Below, one piece after another: positions 25,781-36,289 of a stretch of DNA of 64,000 nt (the first letter of the stretch is position 1; each line of letters opens with the position of its first letter). Where the stretch lies: the NCBI GenBank assembly GCA_963792585.1, contig CAWBWI010000001.1, positions 608,001-672,000 of the forward strand, given 5' to 3'. This stretch comes from Candidatus Eiseniibacteriota bacterium. GTDB lineage: Bacteria; Eisenbacteria; RBG-16-71-46; CAIMUX01; VGJL01. The translations under genes and the position numbers were made by a program. Below the pieces are notes generated by a model. The model was not told the DNA's origin. It was given only the letters and a program-made list of their open reading frames with translations, and searched no databases.

Positions 25781-26889
25781 ATGCTCACCTTGCACCAGCT
25801 GTTGGAAGAGATGATCGAGAAGAACGCTTCCGATCTGCACCTCACGGCGAATGTCCCCCCGCAGCTGCGTGTGGACGGCGAGATCGTCCCGACCGGGTAC
25901 GACCCGCTCTCGCCGGAGCAGTGCGAGACGCTGATCTACAGCGTCCTTCGGGACGATCAGAGGAAGCGCTTCGAGATGAGCAAGGAGCTCGACCTCTCCT
26001 TCGGCGTGCAGGGACTCTCGCGCTTCCGCGTGAACGTCTTCTCTGCAACGCGGGGTGACGAGCGCCGCGATCCGGAAGATCCCCTATCGAGATTCCCGAT
26101 TTCGATGAACTCGGCCTGCCTGCCGTCACGCGCGTCCTTCGCCGAGCTGCCGAATGGCCTGGTTCTGGTGACGGGGCCGACCGGTAGCGGCAAGTCGACG
26201 ACCCTCGCCGCGCTGATCGACAGGATCAACGCCAATCGGGCGGGGCACATCATCACGATCGAGGATCCAATCGAGTACCTCCACCCGCACAAGCGCTGCA
26301 TCGTCAACCAGCGGGAGGTCAACTCGGATACGAAGACCTTCGCGGAAGCCCTGAAATACGTGCTGCGACAGGACCCGGACGTGATCCTGATCGGAGAAAT
26401 GCGCGATCTGGAGACGATCGCGGCGGCCCTGACGATCGCCGAGACGGGCCACCTCGTCTTCGCGACATTGCACACGAACTCGACGTTCGAATCGATCAAC
26501 CGCATCGTCGACGTCTTCCCGTCCAATCAGCAGCGGCAGGTGCTCTCGCAGCTCGCCTTCGTGCTCAAGGGCGTCATCACCCAGCAGTTGATCCAGAGGG
26601 CGCGCGGCGGCGGCCGGGTCAACGTGAGCGAGGTTCTCGTCTGCACCCCGGCCGTCTCGGCGGTCGATCCGCGAGGGGAAGATCGCACCAGATCTACACG
26701 CTGATGCAGGCCGGACAGAAGTTCGGTATGCAGACGATGAACCAGGCGCTCTTCGCCGCCTACATCCAGAGGAAGATCACGCTTGAAAGCGCGATCGGTC
26801 ACAGCTCGAACCTGCTGGAACTCGAGCAGATGATCCAGAAGTCGGATCCGAGCTACCGACCGCAGAGCGTCAGCCTGACATCGCGCTAG
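25781..26889 (+). CDS. pilT: Type IV pilus retraction ATPase; apparent frameshifts near 26045-26130 and 26660-26700
   Basis: ASDLHL, RFRVN, GPTGSGKSTT, EDPIEY, LRQDPDVILIGEMRD, TLHT; C-terminal GMQTMNQAL in ORF 26704-26889. Confidence 0.9.
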
Positions 26890-26901
26890 GGGGGGTGAGA
26901 C

Positions 26902-28133
26902 GTGCCAGTCTTCGCATACAAGGGTAAGACGACGTCCGGAGAGATCCAGACCGGGGAGATGACGTTCGTCAACGCGGGACGAGGCGGTCAGCTACCTGCG
27001 CAGAAAGCGGATCATCACGACCTACATCCGCGAGAAACCGAAGCCGGTTGCACTTCTCGCTCAAGCTGGGCCGTGCCGGGTGAAGACGAAGGAAGTCGTC
27101 ATCTTCACGCGTCAGTTCTCCACGATGGTGAACGCCGGTCTTCCGCTCGTGCAGTGCCTCGACATCCTCTCGAAGCAGATCCGAGGGAGCGCACGTTCCG
27201 GGCCGTCATCACCGACGTCATGCACGACGTCGAGTCGGGCTCGACGCTGGCCGAGGCCCTGGGCCGGCATCCGGCGGTGTTCGATTCGCTCTTCGTGCAA
27301 CATGGTCGACGCGGGTGAGGCGGGTGGTATCCTCGACGACATCCTCGTGCGGCTCGCGACCTACATGGAGAAGGCGGAAGCCCTGCGCCGGAAGGTCAAG
27401 AGCGCGATGACCTACCCGACCGTCGTTCTGACCGTCGCCGTGGGCTGCGACCGTCTTCATGCTGCTCTTCATCATTCCGACCTTTGCGCGGATCTTCACG
27501 GACTTCGGCGGCGAGCTTCCGCTGCCGACGCGGATCGTCATGATCATGTCGAACTTCCTGAAGGGCTACTGGTGGGCGCTCGGCGGCGCCGTCCTGGGCG
27601 TGATCACCGCGATCAAACGCTACTACAAGACCTCGTCGGGCCGGATGCGGATCGACCGGTTCCTCCTGAAGATGCCGATCCTCGGCGAGGTTCTTCGGAA
27701 GGCCTCGCATCGCGCGGTTCACACGCACGCTCGGGAACGATGATCTGCTCGGGCGTGCCGATCCTCACGGCACTGGACATCACGGCCCGAACCGCCGGCA
27801 ACAAGGTGATCGAAGCCGCGATCATCGCCACGAAGGGATCCATCGGCGAGGGCGAGACGATCGCCGCGCCCTTGAAGGAATCGCCGCGTATTCCCGCCGA
27901 TGGTGGTCCAGATGATCGCGGTCGGCGAGGAAACGGGCGCGCTCGACAAGATGCTCGACAAGATCGCGGCCTTCTACGACGACGAGGTCAACGTCGCGGT
28001 CGATACGCTCACATCGGTGATCGAGCCGATCATGATCGTCGTGATGGGACTCCTGGTCGGCGGCATGGTCGTCGCCATGTACCTGCCGATGTTCAAGTTG
28101 ATCAACGTCGTCGCATCGAGCGGGGGACACTAG
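26902..28133 (+). CDS. pilC: Type IV pilus inner-membrane platform protein; several apparent frameshifts
   Basis: Fragments in alternating frames: MPVFAYKG, FTRQFSTMVNAGLPL, AGEAGGILD, KSAMTYP, VGEETGALD, MYLPMF. Confidence 0.88.
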
Positions 28134-28138
28134 CGCCG

Positions 28139-29701
28139 ATGCGTTCGTCGTTGGGCCGCTATCTGGCCGTCCGGGTGTTGATCGGGGGAGTGGTGACGAT
28201 CCTGCTCACCCTCCCCGCGACCCGGGCTCCGGATGCCTTGCCCCCTGCCCTCCTCGGCCTCGTCGCGGCGAGCACCCTGCTCGCCGCCGGCGCCATCCGC
28301 CTCATGCCGACGCGCGATCGCTGCGTGATCTTCGTTCTCACCGCGTTCGATCTGGTGACCGAGACCGTCCTCGTGGGTGCCACCGGTGTGGCGCGGTCCC
28401 CGTTCGTGCTGCTCTTCAGCCTGACGATCGCCATGGCGGGATTGTCGTTCGGTCTGACGGCCGGGGTCGGCTTTGCCGCCGCCGCGGCGCTGGGCTACGT
28501 CACGGGAATCATGCGAACGGGGGCGCCGTTCGACGCGGCGGTGGCTTTGGCGATCCTGTGCCTGCTCCTTCTGGGGCTCCTCGCGGGGTTGCTCGGTCGT
28601 CGCATTGCCGCGGAGCGGCGCGAAGTCACGCGTGTCCGGGAAGAACTGGAGCAAGCGCAGCTCGATGCCGAGTCGATCGTCGCGAGTCTGACGAGCCCGC
28701 TCCTGTGCCTCGACCGAAACGGAAAGATCCGCCGGGCGAATCGTTCGGCGACCGAGCTTCTAGCTCTCACGGATCGTCCCGAGGGGATGCCGCTCGAGCA
28801 GGGGGGTGATGCGGATCGGCTGCGGCCGCTGTGCGATCTCGTCCGGGAGACGCTGGTCGCCGGCGAGATGAGCGCCGCGGAGTTGCTGCTGCCCGGATCC
28901 TCACCGACCCCCATCGAGGTCCACGCGTCGCCGGTTCACGATCGCGATGGGGGACTCCAGGGGCTCGTGCTGCTGATCAACGATCTGACCCGGCGCAAGC
29001 TCGCCGAGGCGGAGCATGCCCGGACGGAGCGACTTGCCGTGGTCGGCGAGCTATCGGGCCATCTCGCTCATGAGATCCGCAACTCCCTCAAGCCGGTTGT
29101 CGGGTCGATCGAACTCCTGCAGGGGGAGATTGCCCACGGTGGGGTGCCGGGCGAGCTGATGGCGATCATCATGCGCGAGTCGGAGTCGCTCGAGACCTTC
29201 CTGACCGACTTCCTGACGTTCGCGCGGGACAAAACTCTAACGTTCTCGGAGTTCGATCTCGATGAACTGATCAAGGAAGAGGTCGCCGCCTTGTCGCGCC
29301 ATCCGGCGCGCGCGAAACTGGTGCGCATTCTTGCGCAGCAAGGACCCGAGCCGGGGATCGTGCGCAGCGACCGAGGCGCCGTGCGTGAGATCCTGCGCAA
29401 CCTCGTCCTGAATGCTCTGGAGGCGACGAGCGAAGGTACGGTCGTGATTTCGTGGAGGCCGGACGGCGAAAGAATGGAGCTGCTCGTGGAGGACTCCGGC
29501 GTCGGGTTGCCCGATGGGCCACCGGAGAACCTCTTCGAGCCGTTCTGCACGCACAAAGCCGGAGGCACCGGACTGGGGTTGTCGATAGCGCGCAAGCTCG
29601 CGCGCCGCCTCGGCGGCGAGGTGAGCCTGGAGCGACAAACTTCCGGCGCCCGTGCCCGGTTCGTCATGAGCGCGAGTCGTGTCCTCGAGCGGGCGGCCTG
29701 A
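28139..29701 (+). CDS. pilS: PilS-like membrane sensor histidine kinase
   Basis: About 5-6 N-terminal TMs with TG...SPF, PAS domain, H-box LAHEIRNSL, NLVLNALEA, DSGVG, GTGLGL. Confidence 0.8.
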   Translation: MRSSLGRYLAVRVLIGGVVTILLTLPATRAPDALPPALLGLVAASTLLAAGAIRLMPTRDRCVIFVLTAFDLVTETVLVGATGVARSPFVLLFSLTIAMAGLSFGLTAGVGFAAAAALGYVTGIMRTGAPFDAAVALAILCLLLLGLLAGLLGRRIAAERREVTRVREELEQAQLDAESIVASLTSPLLCLDRNGKIRRANRSATELLALTDRPEGMPLEQGGDADRLRPLCDLVRETLVAGEMSAAELLLPGSSPTPIEVHASPVHDRDGGLQGLVLLINDLTRRKLAEAEHARTERLAVVGELSGHLAHEIRNSLKPVVGSIELLQGEIAHGGVPGELMAIIMRESESLETFLTDFLTFARDKTLTFSEFDLDELIKEEVAALSRHPARAKLVRILAQQGPEPGIVRSDRGAVREILRNLVLNALEATSEGTVVISWRPDGERMELLVEDSGVGLPDGPPENLFEPFCTHKAGGTGLGLSIARKLARRLGGEVSLERQTSGARARFVMSASRVLERAA

Positions 29702-29726
29702 TTCGGGCGATCCGTAAGGAGGAGTC

Positions 29727-31148
29727 GTGGAAAACACACCCTGCATTCTGATCATCGACGACGAAGAGAGCATGCGTCGCTTCCTCACGGTTCTCCTCGA
29801 GAAGGAGGGGTACCGCGTGATCTCCTCCAGCACCGGACGCGCCGCTCTTCAGGTCCTGGAGGAAGATCCCGTCGATGCCGTCATCACCGACCTGAAGATG
29901 CCCGACATGGACGGTATCCAGGTCCTCGAGGCGATCAAGGGACGCTGGCCCCGAAATTCCCGTCGTGATCCTCACCGCCTACGCGTCCGTCTCCTCCGCG
30001 ATCGACGCCGTGAACAAGGGGGCGTTTCAGTACATCGAGAAGAAGGCGAAGAACGACGAGATCGCGCTGGTCGTCAAGAACGCCCTCTCGATGGGGCGAC
30101 TTCAGTCGGAGAATCAGGTGCTGAAGCGCCAGCTCCGGCAATCGCATTCCGAGCGCAAGATCATCGGGAAGTCCGAGGAGATGATGAAGGTCTTCAAGAT
30201 GATCGAGAAGGTCGCAGACACGGAGGCGACCATGCTCGTCCACGGCGAGACCGGAACAGGCAAGGAGCTGATCGCAAGGGAAATCCACTACCTTCGCGGC
30301 GGTCCCAGGGACCGTTCGTGTCGATCAACTGCGGCGCGCTTCCAAAGGATCTCCTTGAGTCGAATCTCTTCGGGCACGTTCGGGGCTCCTTCACGGGGGC
30401 GGTGAGGGACCAGCCCGGTCTGTTCACCGTCAGCGAGGGCGGGACCTTCTTCCTGGATGAGGTGGGCGACATGGCCCCCGCGACCCAGGTGAAGCTGCTC
30501 CGCGCATTGCAGGAAAGGGAGATCATCCCGGTCGGCGGAACGAAGCCGATCAAGATCAACGTTCGTCTCATCGCCGCCACCAATGCGGACCTGGAGCGCG
30601 AGGTCAGCGAAGGGCGCTTCCGGACGGACCTCTTCTACCGCCTGAACGTGATCCCGCTGCGCCTGCCGCCCCTCCGTCAGAGGGTCGATGACATCCCGCT
30701 CCTGGCGGAGCACTTCCTGAAGCGGTTCTGTCCCGAAGGCAAGCCGAAGGCGATCGCGACGGAAGCGATCGAAACCCTCATGCGCTACGACTGGCCGGGA
30801 AACGTGAGCGAACTCGAAAACGTGATCGAGCGCGCGGTGATCCTCAACGAGTCGGGAGAGATCCGGATTCAAGATCTCCCCGAGAAAGTGGTGCGGGGAC
30901 CGTCGCGCCGGGGGAGCCTGATCATCGATACCCCGGGGATGACCCTGGAGGAGCTCGAACGCGAGTACATCTTGAAGGTTCTCCACCACACGGGGTGGCA
31001 GAAGAAGAGGGCGAGCGACATCCTGGGAATCAACCCCTCGACCCTCTACCGGAAGCTGATCTCCTACGGAATCAACGAGAAGGATGGACGTGCGCCGCTG
31101 CCTCCGGGAGAGGGCGGGTACGGCGAGGAGACGGCGGAGGCGGCGTGA
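29727..31148 (+). CDS. pilR: PilR-like sigma-54-dependent response regulator; frameshifts near 29955 and 30295
   Basis: Receiver (IIDDE, TDLKMP), GETGTGKE, GSFTGA (GAFTGA variant), FLDEV, C-terminal Fis HTH. Confidence 0.85.
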   Translation: MENTPCILIIDDEESMRRFLTVLLEKEGYRVISSSTGRAALQVLEEDPVDAVITDLKMPDMDGIQVLEAIKGRWPRNSRRDPHRLRVRLLRDRRREQGGVSVHREEGEERRDRAGRQERPLDGATSVGESGAEAPAPAIAFRAQDHREVRGDDEGLQDDREGRRHGGDHARPRRDRNRQGADRKGNPLPSRRSQGPFVSINCGALPKDLLESNLFGHVRGSFTGAVRDQPGLFTVSEGGTFFLDEVGDMAPATQVKLLRALQEREIIPVGGTKPIKINVRLIAATNADLEREVSEGRFRTDLFYRLNVIPLRLPPLRQRVDDIPLLAEHFLKRFCPEGKPKAIATEAIETLMRYDWPGNVSELENVIERAVILNESGEIRIQDLPEKVVRGPSRRGSLIIDTPGMTLEELEREYILKVLHHTGWQKKRASDILGINPSTLYRKLISYGINEKDGRAPLPPGEGGYGEETAEAA

Positions 31149-31294
31149 TGCGTTTTGCACGCCTGTTCGCAGAAGCCCTGAAGTGCATGCGCAATGCAAG
31201 AGGGCTGCGTGCAGGAGGCGGCGCGCAGTGCCTGGCGCGTCCGATCGCGTCGACGGGTTTGTTGGGGGACACGGGGTTACGCGTGCCGGTGAGC

Positions 31295-31311
31295 TTGGCA
31301 CGCCCCATGCT
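31295..31311 (+). promoter_or_regulatory. Sigma-54 (-24/-12) promoter of pilA
   Basis: TTGGCACGCCCCATGCT = GG-N10-GC with TGGCACG core, about 120 bp upstream of pilA and directly after pilR. Confidence 0.8.
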
Positions 31312-31432
31312 TGAGGTGTCTGTGCAAGCGGCGATGCTGCCGGACGGTTTGAGGACCGGCATCCGCCGGTCCGGTCCCGGCCCCGGTCGGGGCGAAGGGT
31401 GCGAGACAAGCGACGACGATGGAGGTGTCATC

Positions 31433-31822
31433 ATGTTCCGGAACAAGCAGGGCTTCACCCTGATCGAGCTCATGATCGTGGTCGTGATCATCGGTATCTT
31501 GGCCGCGATCGCCATTCCCAACTACGTCAGCATGCAGGACCGCGCCCGTGAGGGTTCGGTGAAGGCCAACGCCCATGCCTGCCAGCTGTACGCGGAAGAT
31601 GAGGCCGTGAAGGCCAACGGGACGTACCCGGACGCCGCGGCGGCCGTCCTGAACGCCGACTACACGAACCCGTTCGGCGGTGACGCGTACGCCGACGGAG
31701 CGGCCGGCGCCGGCGCGGGCGTCTGCTACTACGACGTCAGCGACGACAACACGAGCTACGTGATCACGGCCAACGGCAAGGCGGGTACTTCGATCCTCGT
31801 TCTGAGCAACACGGTCAACTAA
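31433..31822 (+). CDS. pilA: Type IVa major pilin
   Basis: MFRNKQG|FTLIELMIVVVIIGILAAIAIP class III signal, GGAGG RBS, own promoter and terminator. Confidence 0.92.
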   Translation: MFRNKQGFTLIELMIVVVIIGILAAIAIPNYVSMQDRAREGSVKANAHACQLYAEDEAVKANGTYPDAAAAVLNADYTNPFGGDAYADGAAGAGAGVCYYDVSDDNTSYVITANGKAGTSILVLSNTVN

Positions 31823-31846
31823 GCGTCGCGACGCGGCGATGCGCCG

Positions 31847-31880
31847 AGGGCGCGGACCCTTTCGGGGGCCCGCGCCCTTC
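31847..31880 (+). terminator. GC-rich hairpin after pilA
   Basis: AGGGCGCGG...CCGCGCCCT stem with TTCG loop; weak U-tract. Confidence 0.6.
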
Positions 31881-31952
31881 TGCAATTGGATCGAACCGGG
31901 CCCTTCGCGGCCGGCTCAAGGACGGATGCAGCCGGGCCGATCTGGAAGGAAG

Positions 31953-32909
31953 ATGGAAGACGCGATTCGCCTGGAGGAGATCCGGAAGACCTATTGCCCG
32001 GGGCTCGGACGCAAGAGCCATCCCGCACTCCGCGGGCTGTCTCTGGAAGTCAAACCCGGCGAGGTCTATGCGCTCATCGGCCCGAATGGGGCCGGGAAGA
32101 CCACCACCTTTCGCATCCTGCTCGGGCTGCTCCGCCCGGATTCGGGTAGGGGAAGCGTTCTCGGGCGCCCGCTCGGGGATGCGGAGGCCCGGCGCCGCCT
32201 GGGGTTCCTGCCCGAAGCGCCCTGCTACTACCCGTTCCTGACGGTTCGAGAGTTCCTATGCATGGCCGGGACCCTCTCCGGGCTCGCGGAGCCGGGGCAG
32301 GCGGCGGATCGAGCGATCGATCGCTTCGGACTCGGCGAGTTGCGGAGACGGCCCCTTCGCCGCCTCAGCAAGGGGCAGGCGCAACGGGTCGGCATCGCGC
32401 AGGCGGCGCTGCACGAGCCCGAGCTCCTGATCCTGGACGAGCCGATGAGCGGGCTCGACCCTCTCGGGCGCGCCGATGTGAAGGAATGGATCCGCACCGT
32501 CCGCGCCGACGGGCGAACCGTTCTGCTTGCGAGCCACGTGCTCGCCGATGTGGAGGCTCTCGCAGATCGCGTCGGACTGCTCCGCGAAGGATCCCTGGTC
32601 GTGCAGGGGGCTACCGAGGATCTTCTTTCCGCCGACCGGGCGGAGGTCGAAATCGAGTTCGTATACCCGAGCGATCCCTCAGCGCTCGTCGACGGGCTCT
32701 CCACGAGCCTGGAGCGGCGGGTCGGTGTATGGGCGGCGAGGCTGGCGAGCGGACAGGAGATGCAGGTTTCCGCGCTCCTGGCGCGGATCCTCTCTCACGG
32801 CGGAACCGTGCGCTCCGTGGAACGCCGTCGGGCGGACCTCGAAGGATTCTTCCTCGCGTCATTGGAATCCCAACCGATCCAGCCTGCCGACGGAGCGACG
32901 GCGCGATGA
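31953..32909 (+). CDS. ABC transporter ATP-binding protein (myxobacterial PilH-like)
   Basis: GPNGAGKTT, LSKG signature, LILDEPMSGLDP; directly after pilA. Confidence 0.85.
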   Translation: MEDAIRLEEIRKTYCPGLGRKSHPALRGLSLEVKPGEVYALIGPNGAGKTTTFRILLGLLRPDSGRGSVLGRPLGDAEARRRLGFLPEAPCYYPFLTVREFLCMAGTLSGLAEPGQAADRAIDRFGLGELRRRPLRRLSKGQAQRVGIAQAALHEPELLILDEPMSGLDPLGRADVKEWIRTVRADGRTVLLASHVLADVEALADRVGLLREGSLVVQGATEDLLSADRAEVEIEFVYPSDPSALVDGLSTSLERRVGVWAARLASGQEMQVSALLARILSHGGTVRSVERRRADLEGFFLASLESQPIQPADGATAR

Positions 32910-33679
32910 GCGCGATTCGAGCGATCGCGTGGAACACCGTTCTCGAAGCGGTGCGCGAACGGGTGCTCTATCTTCTGGCGGGCTTCGGCGTCTTCGTATT
33001 CCTCGCCTCCCGGCTGTTGGCGCCGCTCGCGCTCGGCGAAGGGCGCAGGATCACCTGCGATCTGGGGCTCGTCTCCCTCTCGCTATTCGGGGTGTTGATC
33101 ATCGTCTTCGTCGGCCATTCCCTGGTCCACCGGGAAATCGAGCGGGGGAGTGTGGCATTCATCTTCAGCCGTCCCGTCGGGCGGGGCGCCTTCGTGGCCG
33201 GCAAATTCCTGGGACTCATCCTCGTGTTGTCCGCAGCCGAACTGGCGATGGGGTCCATGCTGGCAGCCATGCTCGCGCTGTCGCACTACGCGGTCGGTTG
33301 GGATCTCGCGGGCGCGGTCATCCTCACCCTCCTGGGACTCTGGGTACTCGCCGGGATTGCGATCCTCTTCGCGTCGATTGCCTCGCCGATCCTCGCAGGA
33401 CTGCTCGTGATGGGAGTGTGGTTGATCGGCCACGGCGCCGGCAGCCTCTCCGACCTCGCGCGGTTGTTGCCCGATGGGGCCGCCGGCACAGCCGCCGGGG
33501 CGATCCTGTGGGTCGTCCCGCGATTAGACCTCTACGATGCCTCCACGCTCCTCGTGCACGGTGTGGCCGTGGCGCCTGGCCGCTGGCTTTGGTCCGCCTC
33601 GTATGCCCTGCTCTACATCGCCGGGACCCTGCTTCTCGCGCGAGTCGCCTTCTCGCGAAGGCCGCTGACGGGGATCTGA
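32906..33679 (+). CDS. ABC-2 permease (myxobacterial PilI-like)
   Basis: AIAWNTVLEAVRERVLY, REIERG...SRPVGR..F..GKF, multiple TMs. Confidence 0.8.
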   Translation: MSAIRAIAWNTVLEAVRERVLYLLAGFGVFVFLASRLLAPLALGEGRRITCDLGLVSLSLFGVLIIVFVGHSLVHREIERGSVAFIFSRPVGRGAFVAGKFLGLILVLSAAELAMGSMLAAMLALSHYAVGWDLAGAVILTLLGLWVLAGIAILFASIASPILAGLLVMGVWLIGHGAGSLSDLARLLPDGAAGTAAGAILWVVPRLDLYDASTLLVHGVAVAPGRWLWSASYALLYIAGTLLLARVAFSRRPLTGI

Positions 33680-33684
33680 CCGAG

Positions 33685-34344
33685 ATGAGACTGCTACCGA
33701 TCGGAGTGCTCGCGATCCTCCTGGCGGGCATCTGCCTCGGCCCCCGCCTCGAGAATCTCTGCGGTCCGTCGGGGACCTCGGACGAACTGCCCCTCTTCCC
33801 GTCGGGGAAGCTCCTGGAGGCGGTGCCGGCGGGGTGGCGTACGACCGCGGCCGACCTCACCTGGCTCCAAGCGATTCAGTACTACGGGAAGCATCACTTG
33901 GAGGATCGGACCTACCCGATGGCGCGGCACCTCTTCGGGGTGACGACGCGCCTCGATCCCCGATTCCGCAACGCGTACGTCTTCGGTGGTTGGGTGCTGG
34001 GGGAGGAGGCCGGGGACATGGACGCAGCGCGGGCCCTCTTCGACCGGGGCCGGCGGGCGATTCCGAACGACTGGATGCTTGCCTTCCAGAGGGGCTTCCT
34101 GGAGTCGATGCGAGGCGACGCGACGCGCGGCGCGCTCCAGATGGCACACGCGGCGGAGATGGAAGGGGCCCCGAGCTATGCGGCCCGTGTGGCCGCGTTC
34201 GCCTGCACGCGGGCCGGCCGCACGGAACTTGCGATCCGTCTCTGGGAGGAACTCGTCCGGGACCCGGATCCAGCGATTCGGGCCTTGGCGCAAGAGCGTT
34301 TGCGCGCGATCGGCACGCGCGTCGCGCGAGGGAGGGATTCATGA
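33685..34344 (+). CDS. PilG-like (myxobacterial) TPR accessory protein
   Basis: ADLTWLQAIQYYG...TRLDPRFRNAY motif, N-terminal hydrophobic anchor, position beside the ABC genes. Confidence 0.6.
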   Translation: MRLLPIGVLAILLAGICLGPRLENLCGPSGTSDELPLFPSGKLLEAVPAGWRTTAADLTWLQAIQYYGKHHLEDRTYPMARHLFGVTTRLDPRFRNAYVFGGWVLGEEAGDMDAARALFDRGRRAIPNDWMLAFQRGFLESMRGDATRGALQMAHAAEMEGAPSYAARVAAFACTRAGRTELAIRLWEELVRDPDPAIRALAQERLRAIGTRVARGRDS

Positions 34345-35153
34345 GCCCCGGCGCATGGGTGGGAGCGATTCCTGGAGGATGGGTTCTGCTCGGGCTCCTC
34401 GGGCTTTGCCTTGGGAGCTTCCTCAACGTCGTCATCTACCGGTTGCCGCTGGGACGCTCCCTGGCGCGCCCCCGCTCCGCGTGCCCCAGTTGCAGGACGC
34501 CGATCGCCCCCTACGACAACATCCCGCTCTTGAGCTGGTCGTTGTTGCGCGGGCGATGCCGTCGATGCCGGGCTCCGATCAGTCCGCGATATCCGGCCGT
34601 CGAGGCGCTCGGCGCCGCCTGCGTGCTCGTTTCCGCAGCCATCTCGATCGGGCCCGCCGCTGCGGCCGTGCGGGCGATATTCCTCCTGTCCATGGTCGCG
34701 ATCACCCTGATCGACTATGACCATCGAATCATCCCCGACGAGATCAGCCTGGGTGGAATTCCCCTGGGCCTGCTCGCCTGCACCGTGATCGGCGTGCCCC
34801 GCCTGGAATCCTTGATCGGCGCCCTTGCCGGCGCCGGGGGATTGCTGGCCGTCGCATCCCTCTATTCCGCGCTGCGGAAGGTGGACGGCATGGGCGGGGG
34901 CGACATCAAGCTCGCGGGCATGCTGGGAGCATTCCTGGGCTGGAAAGGGGTCCTGATGACCGTCGTCCTGGGATCCCTCCTCGGATCGCTCCTGGGGATC
35001 GCCCTGATGGCCTCCGGCAAGGGTACGGGAAAGACCGCCCTACCCTACGGGACCTTCCTGGCCCCGGCCGCCGCGCTGATCCTCATCGTGGGCCCCCGAC
35101 TCTGGACCTGGTACGCGTCGCTCCTGCAGCCCTCGGCCGTGGGATCCTGGTAA
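34341..35153 (+). CDS. pilD: Prepilin peptidase/N-methyltransferase
   Basis: GSFLNVVIYRLP, two CxxC, IDYD, GMGGGDIKL, PYGTFL. Confidence 0.95.
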   Translation: MSPGAWVGAIPGGWVLLGLLGLCLGSFLNVVIYRLPLGRSLARPRSACPSCRTPIAPYDNIPLLSWSLLRGRCRRCRAPISPRYPAVEALGAACVLVSAAISIGPAAAAVRAIFLLSMVAITLIDYDHRIIPDEISLGGIPLGLLACTVIGVPRLESLIGALAGAGGLLAVASLYSALRKVDGMGGGDIKLAGMLGAFLGWKGVLMTVVLGSLLGSLLGIALMASGKGTGKTALPYGTFLAPAAALILIVGPRLWTWYASLLQPSAVGSW

Positions 35154-35249
35154 ATATCCGGGGCGAATCGACCGATACAGGACTCGGAGGGAGCCCAAAG
35201 AGGCACTCCTCGGAAGAGCAAAATCGCCCAGGAAAAGCAGGAGGTTCGC

Positions 35250-36284
35250 GTGTTCGGCAAGAGCAAGACGACGGTGGGTCTCGACATCGGCTCGAGTTCG
35301 ATCAAGGTCGTCCAGCTCGAGACGCGCGGCGAAGTGACCCGCCTCATGAACTACGGCATCGCGGACATCGTCCCAGAAGCAATTGTCGAGGGTGAGATCA
35401 TGGATCGGCAACTCGTGATCGAGGCGATCCAGAATCTTCTCGAGCGTTGCGGGATCAAGGAACGCCGGATCGCAACGGGAATCGCCGGACGCGGCGTGAT
35501 GGTCAAGAAGATCACGATGGACCGGCTCGACCCGAAGGACGCGCGCGAGGCGATCCACTGGGAGGCCGAGCAGTACGTTCCCTACGACATCAACGACGTC
35601 TCCCTAGACTTCCAGATCCTCGATCTCGACGTCGGACCGAAGCAGATGCAGGTTCTCCTCGTCGCGGCGAAGAAGGACCTCGTCAACACGCAGGCCGATC
35701 TGATCCGCGAAGCGGGCCTGATTCCCGCCGTGATCGACGTCAACTCCCTGGCCGTACAGAACGCGGCCGAGCTGAACTACGACTTCGTTCGCGATGAGGT
35801 CGCCGCCCTCGTCAACGTGGGCGCGGAACTGACGAACGTCAACATCATCCGCGGCGGCATTCCGCTCTACGCGCAGGATCTCTCGATCGGCGGCAACAGC
35901 TTCATCGAGAGCGTGCAGAAGCGCTACCAGGTGAGCCGCGAGGAGGCCGTGGGCGCCTTCCGCGCGGGCGAATCATCGACCCTCGATCTCGCGCCCGCCG
36001 TGAAATCCTTTGCCGAGGAACTCGCCATCGGGATCGAGAGAAGCATCGCCTACCTGAAATCCAGTGGCGAGGCCGAGCGCGTCGACCGGGTACTGCTCTC
36101 CGGCGGCGGAGCGCGGATTCTCGGTCTACCGCAAATGCTGGCCGAGCGGCAGCGGGTGCCCGTCGACATCGTCGATCCGCTCCGCCGGATCCAGTTCGCA
36201 CCGGAGTCGTTCGGCGCGGACGATCCGCGGGGGATCGGCCCGCAACTCACCGTCGCGATCGGGCTCGCCCTGAGAAAGGCGTAA
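35250..36284 (+). CDS. pilM: Type IV pilus assembly protein PilM (actin-like)
   Basis: GLDIGSSSIK, EAEQYVPY, VLLVAAKK, LSGGGA, AIGLALR. Confidence 0.93.
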   Translation: MFGKSKTTVGLDIGSSSIKVVQLETRGEVTRLMNYGIADIVPEAIVEGEIMDRQLVIEAIQNLLERCGIKERRIATGIAGRGVMVKKITMDRLDPKDAREAIHWEAEQYVPYDINDVSLDFQILDLDVGPKQMQVLLVAAKKDLVNTQADLIREAGLIPAVIDVNSLAVQNAAELNYDFVRDEVAALVNVGAELTNVNIIRGGIPLYAQDLSIGGNSFIESVQKRYQVSREEAVGAFRAGESSTLDLAPAVKSFAEELAIGIERSIAYLKSSGEAERVDRVLLSGGGARILGLPQMLAERQRVPVDIVDPLRRIQFAPESFGADDPRGIGPQLTVAIGLALRKA

Positions 36285-36289
36285 GAGAC

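Noticed and set aside
27080..29701. Apparent 873-aa PilC-histidine kinase fusion
   Set aside because: Artefact of pilC frameshifts. PilC ends at 28133 in another frame and the kinase has its own ATG at 28139.
31433..31822. PilA as a conductive (Geobacter-type) e-pilin
   Set aside because: It is full length (122 aa mature) and lacks aromatics at mature positions 27, 32 and 50/51.
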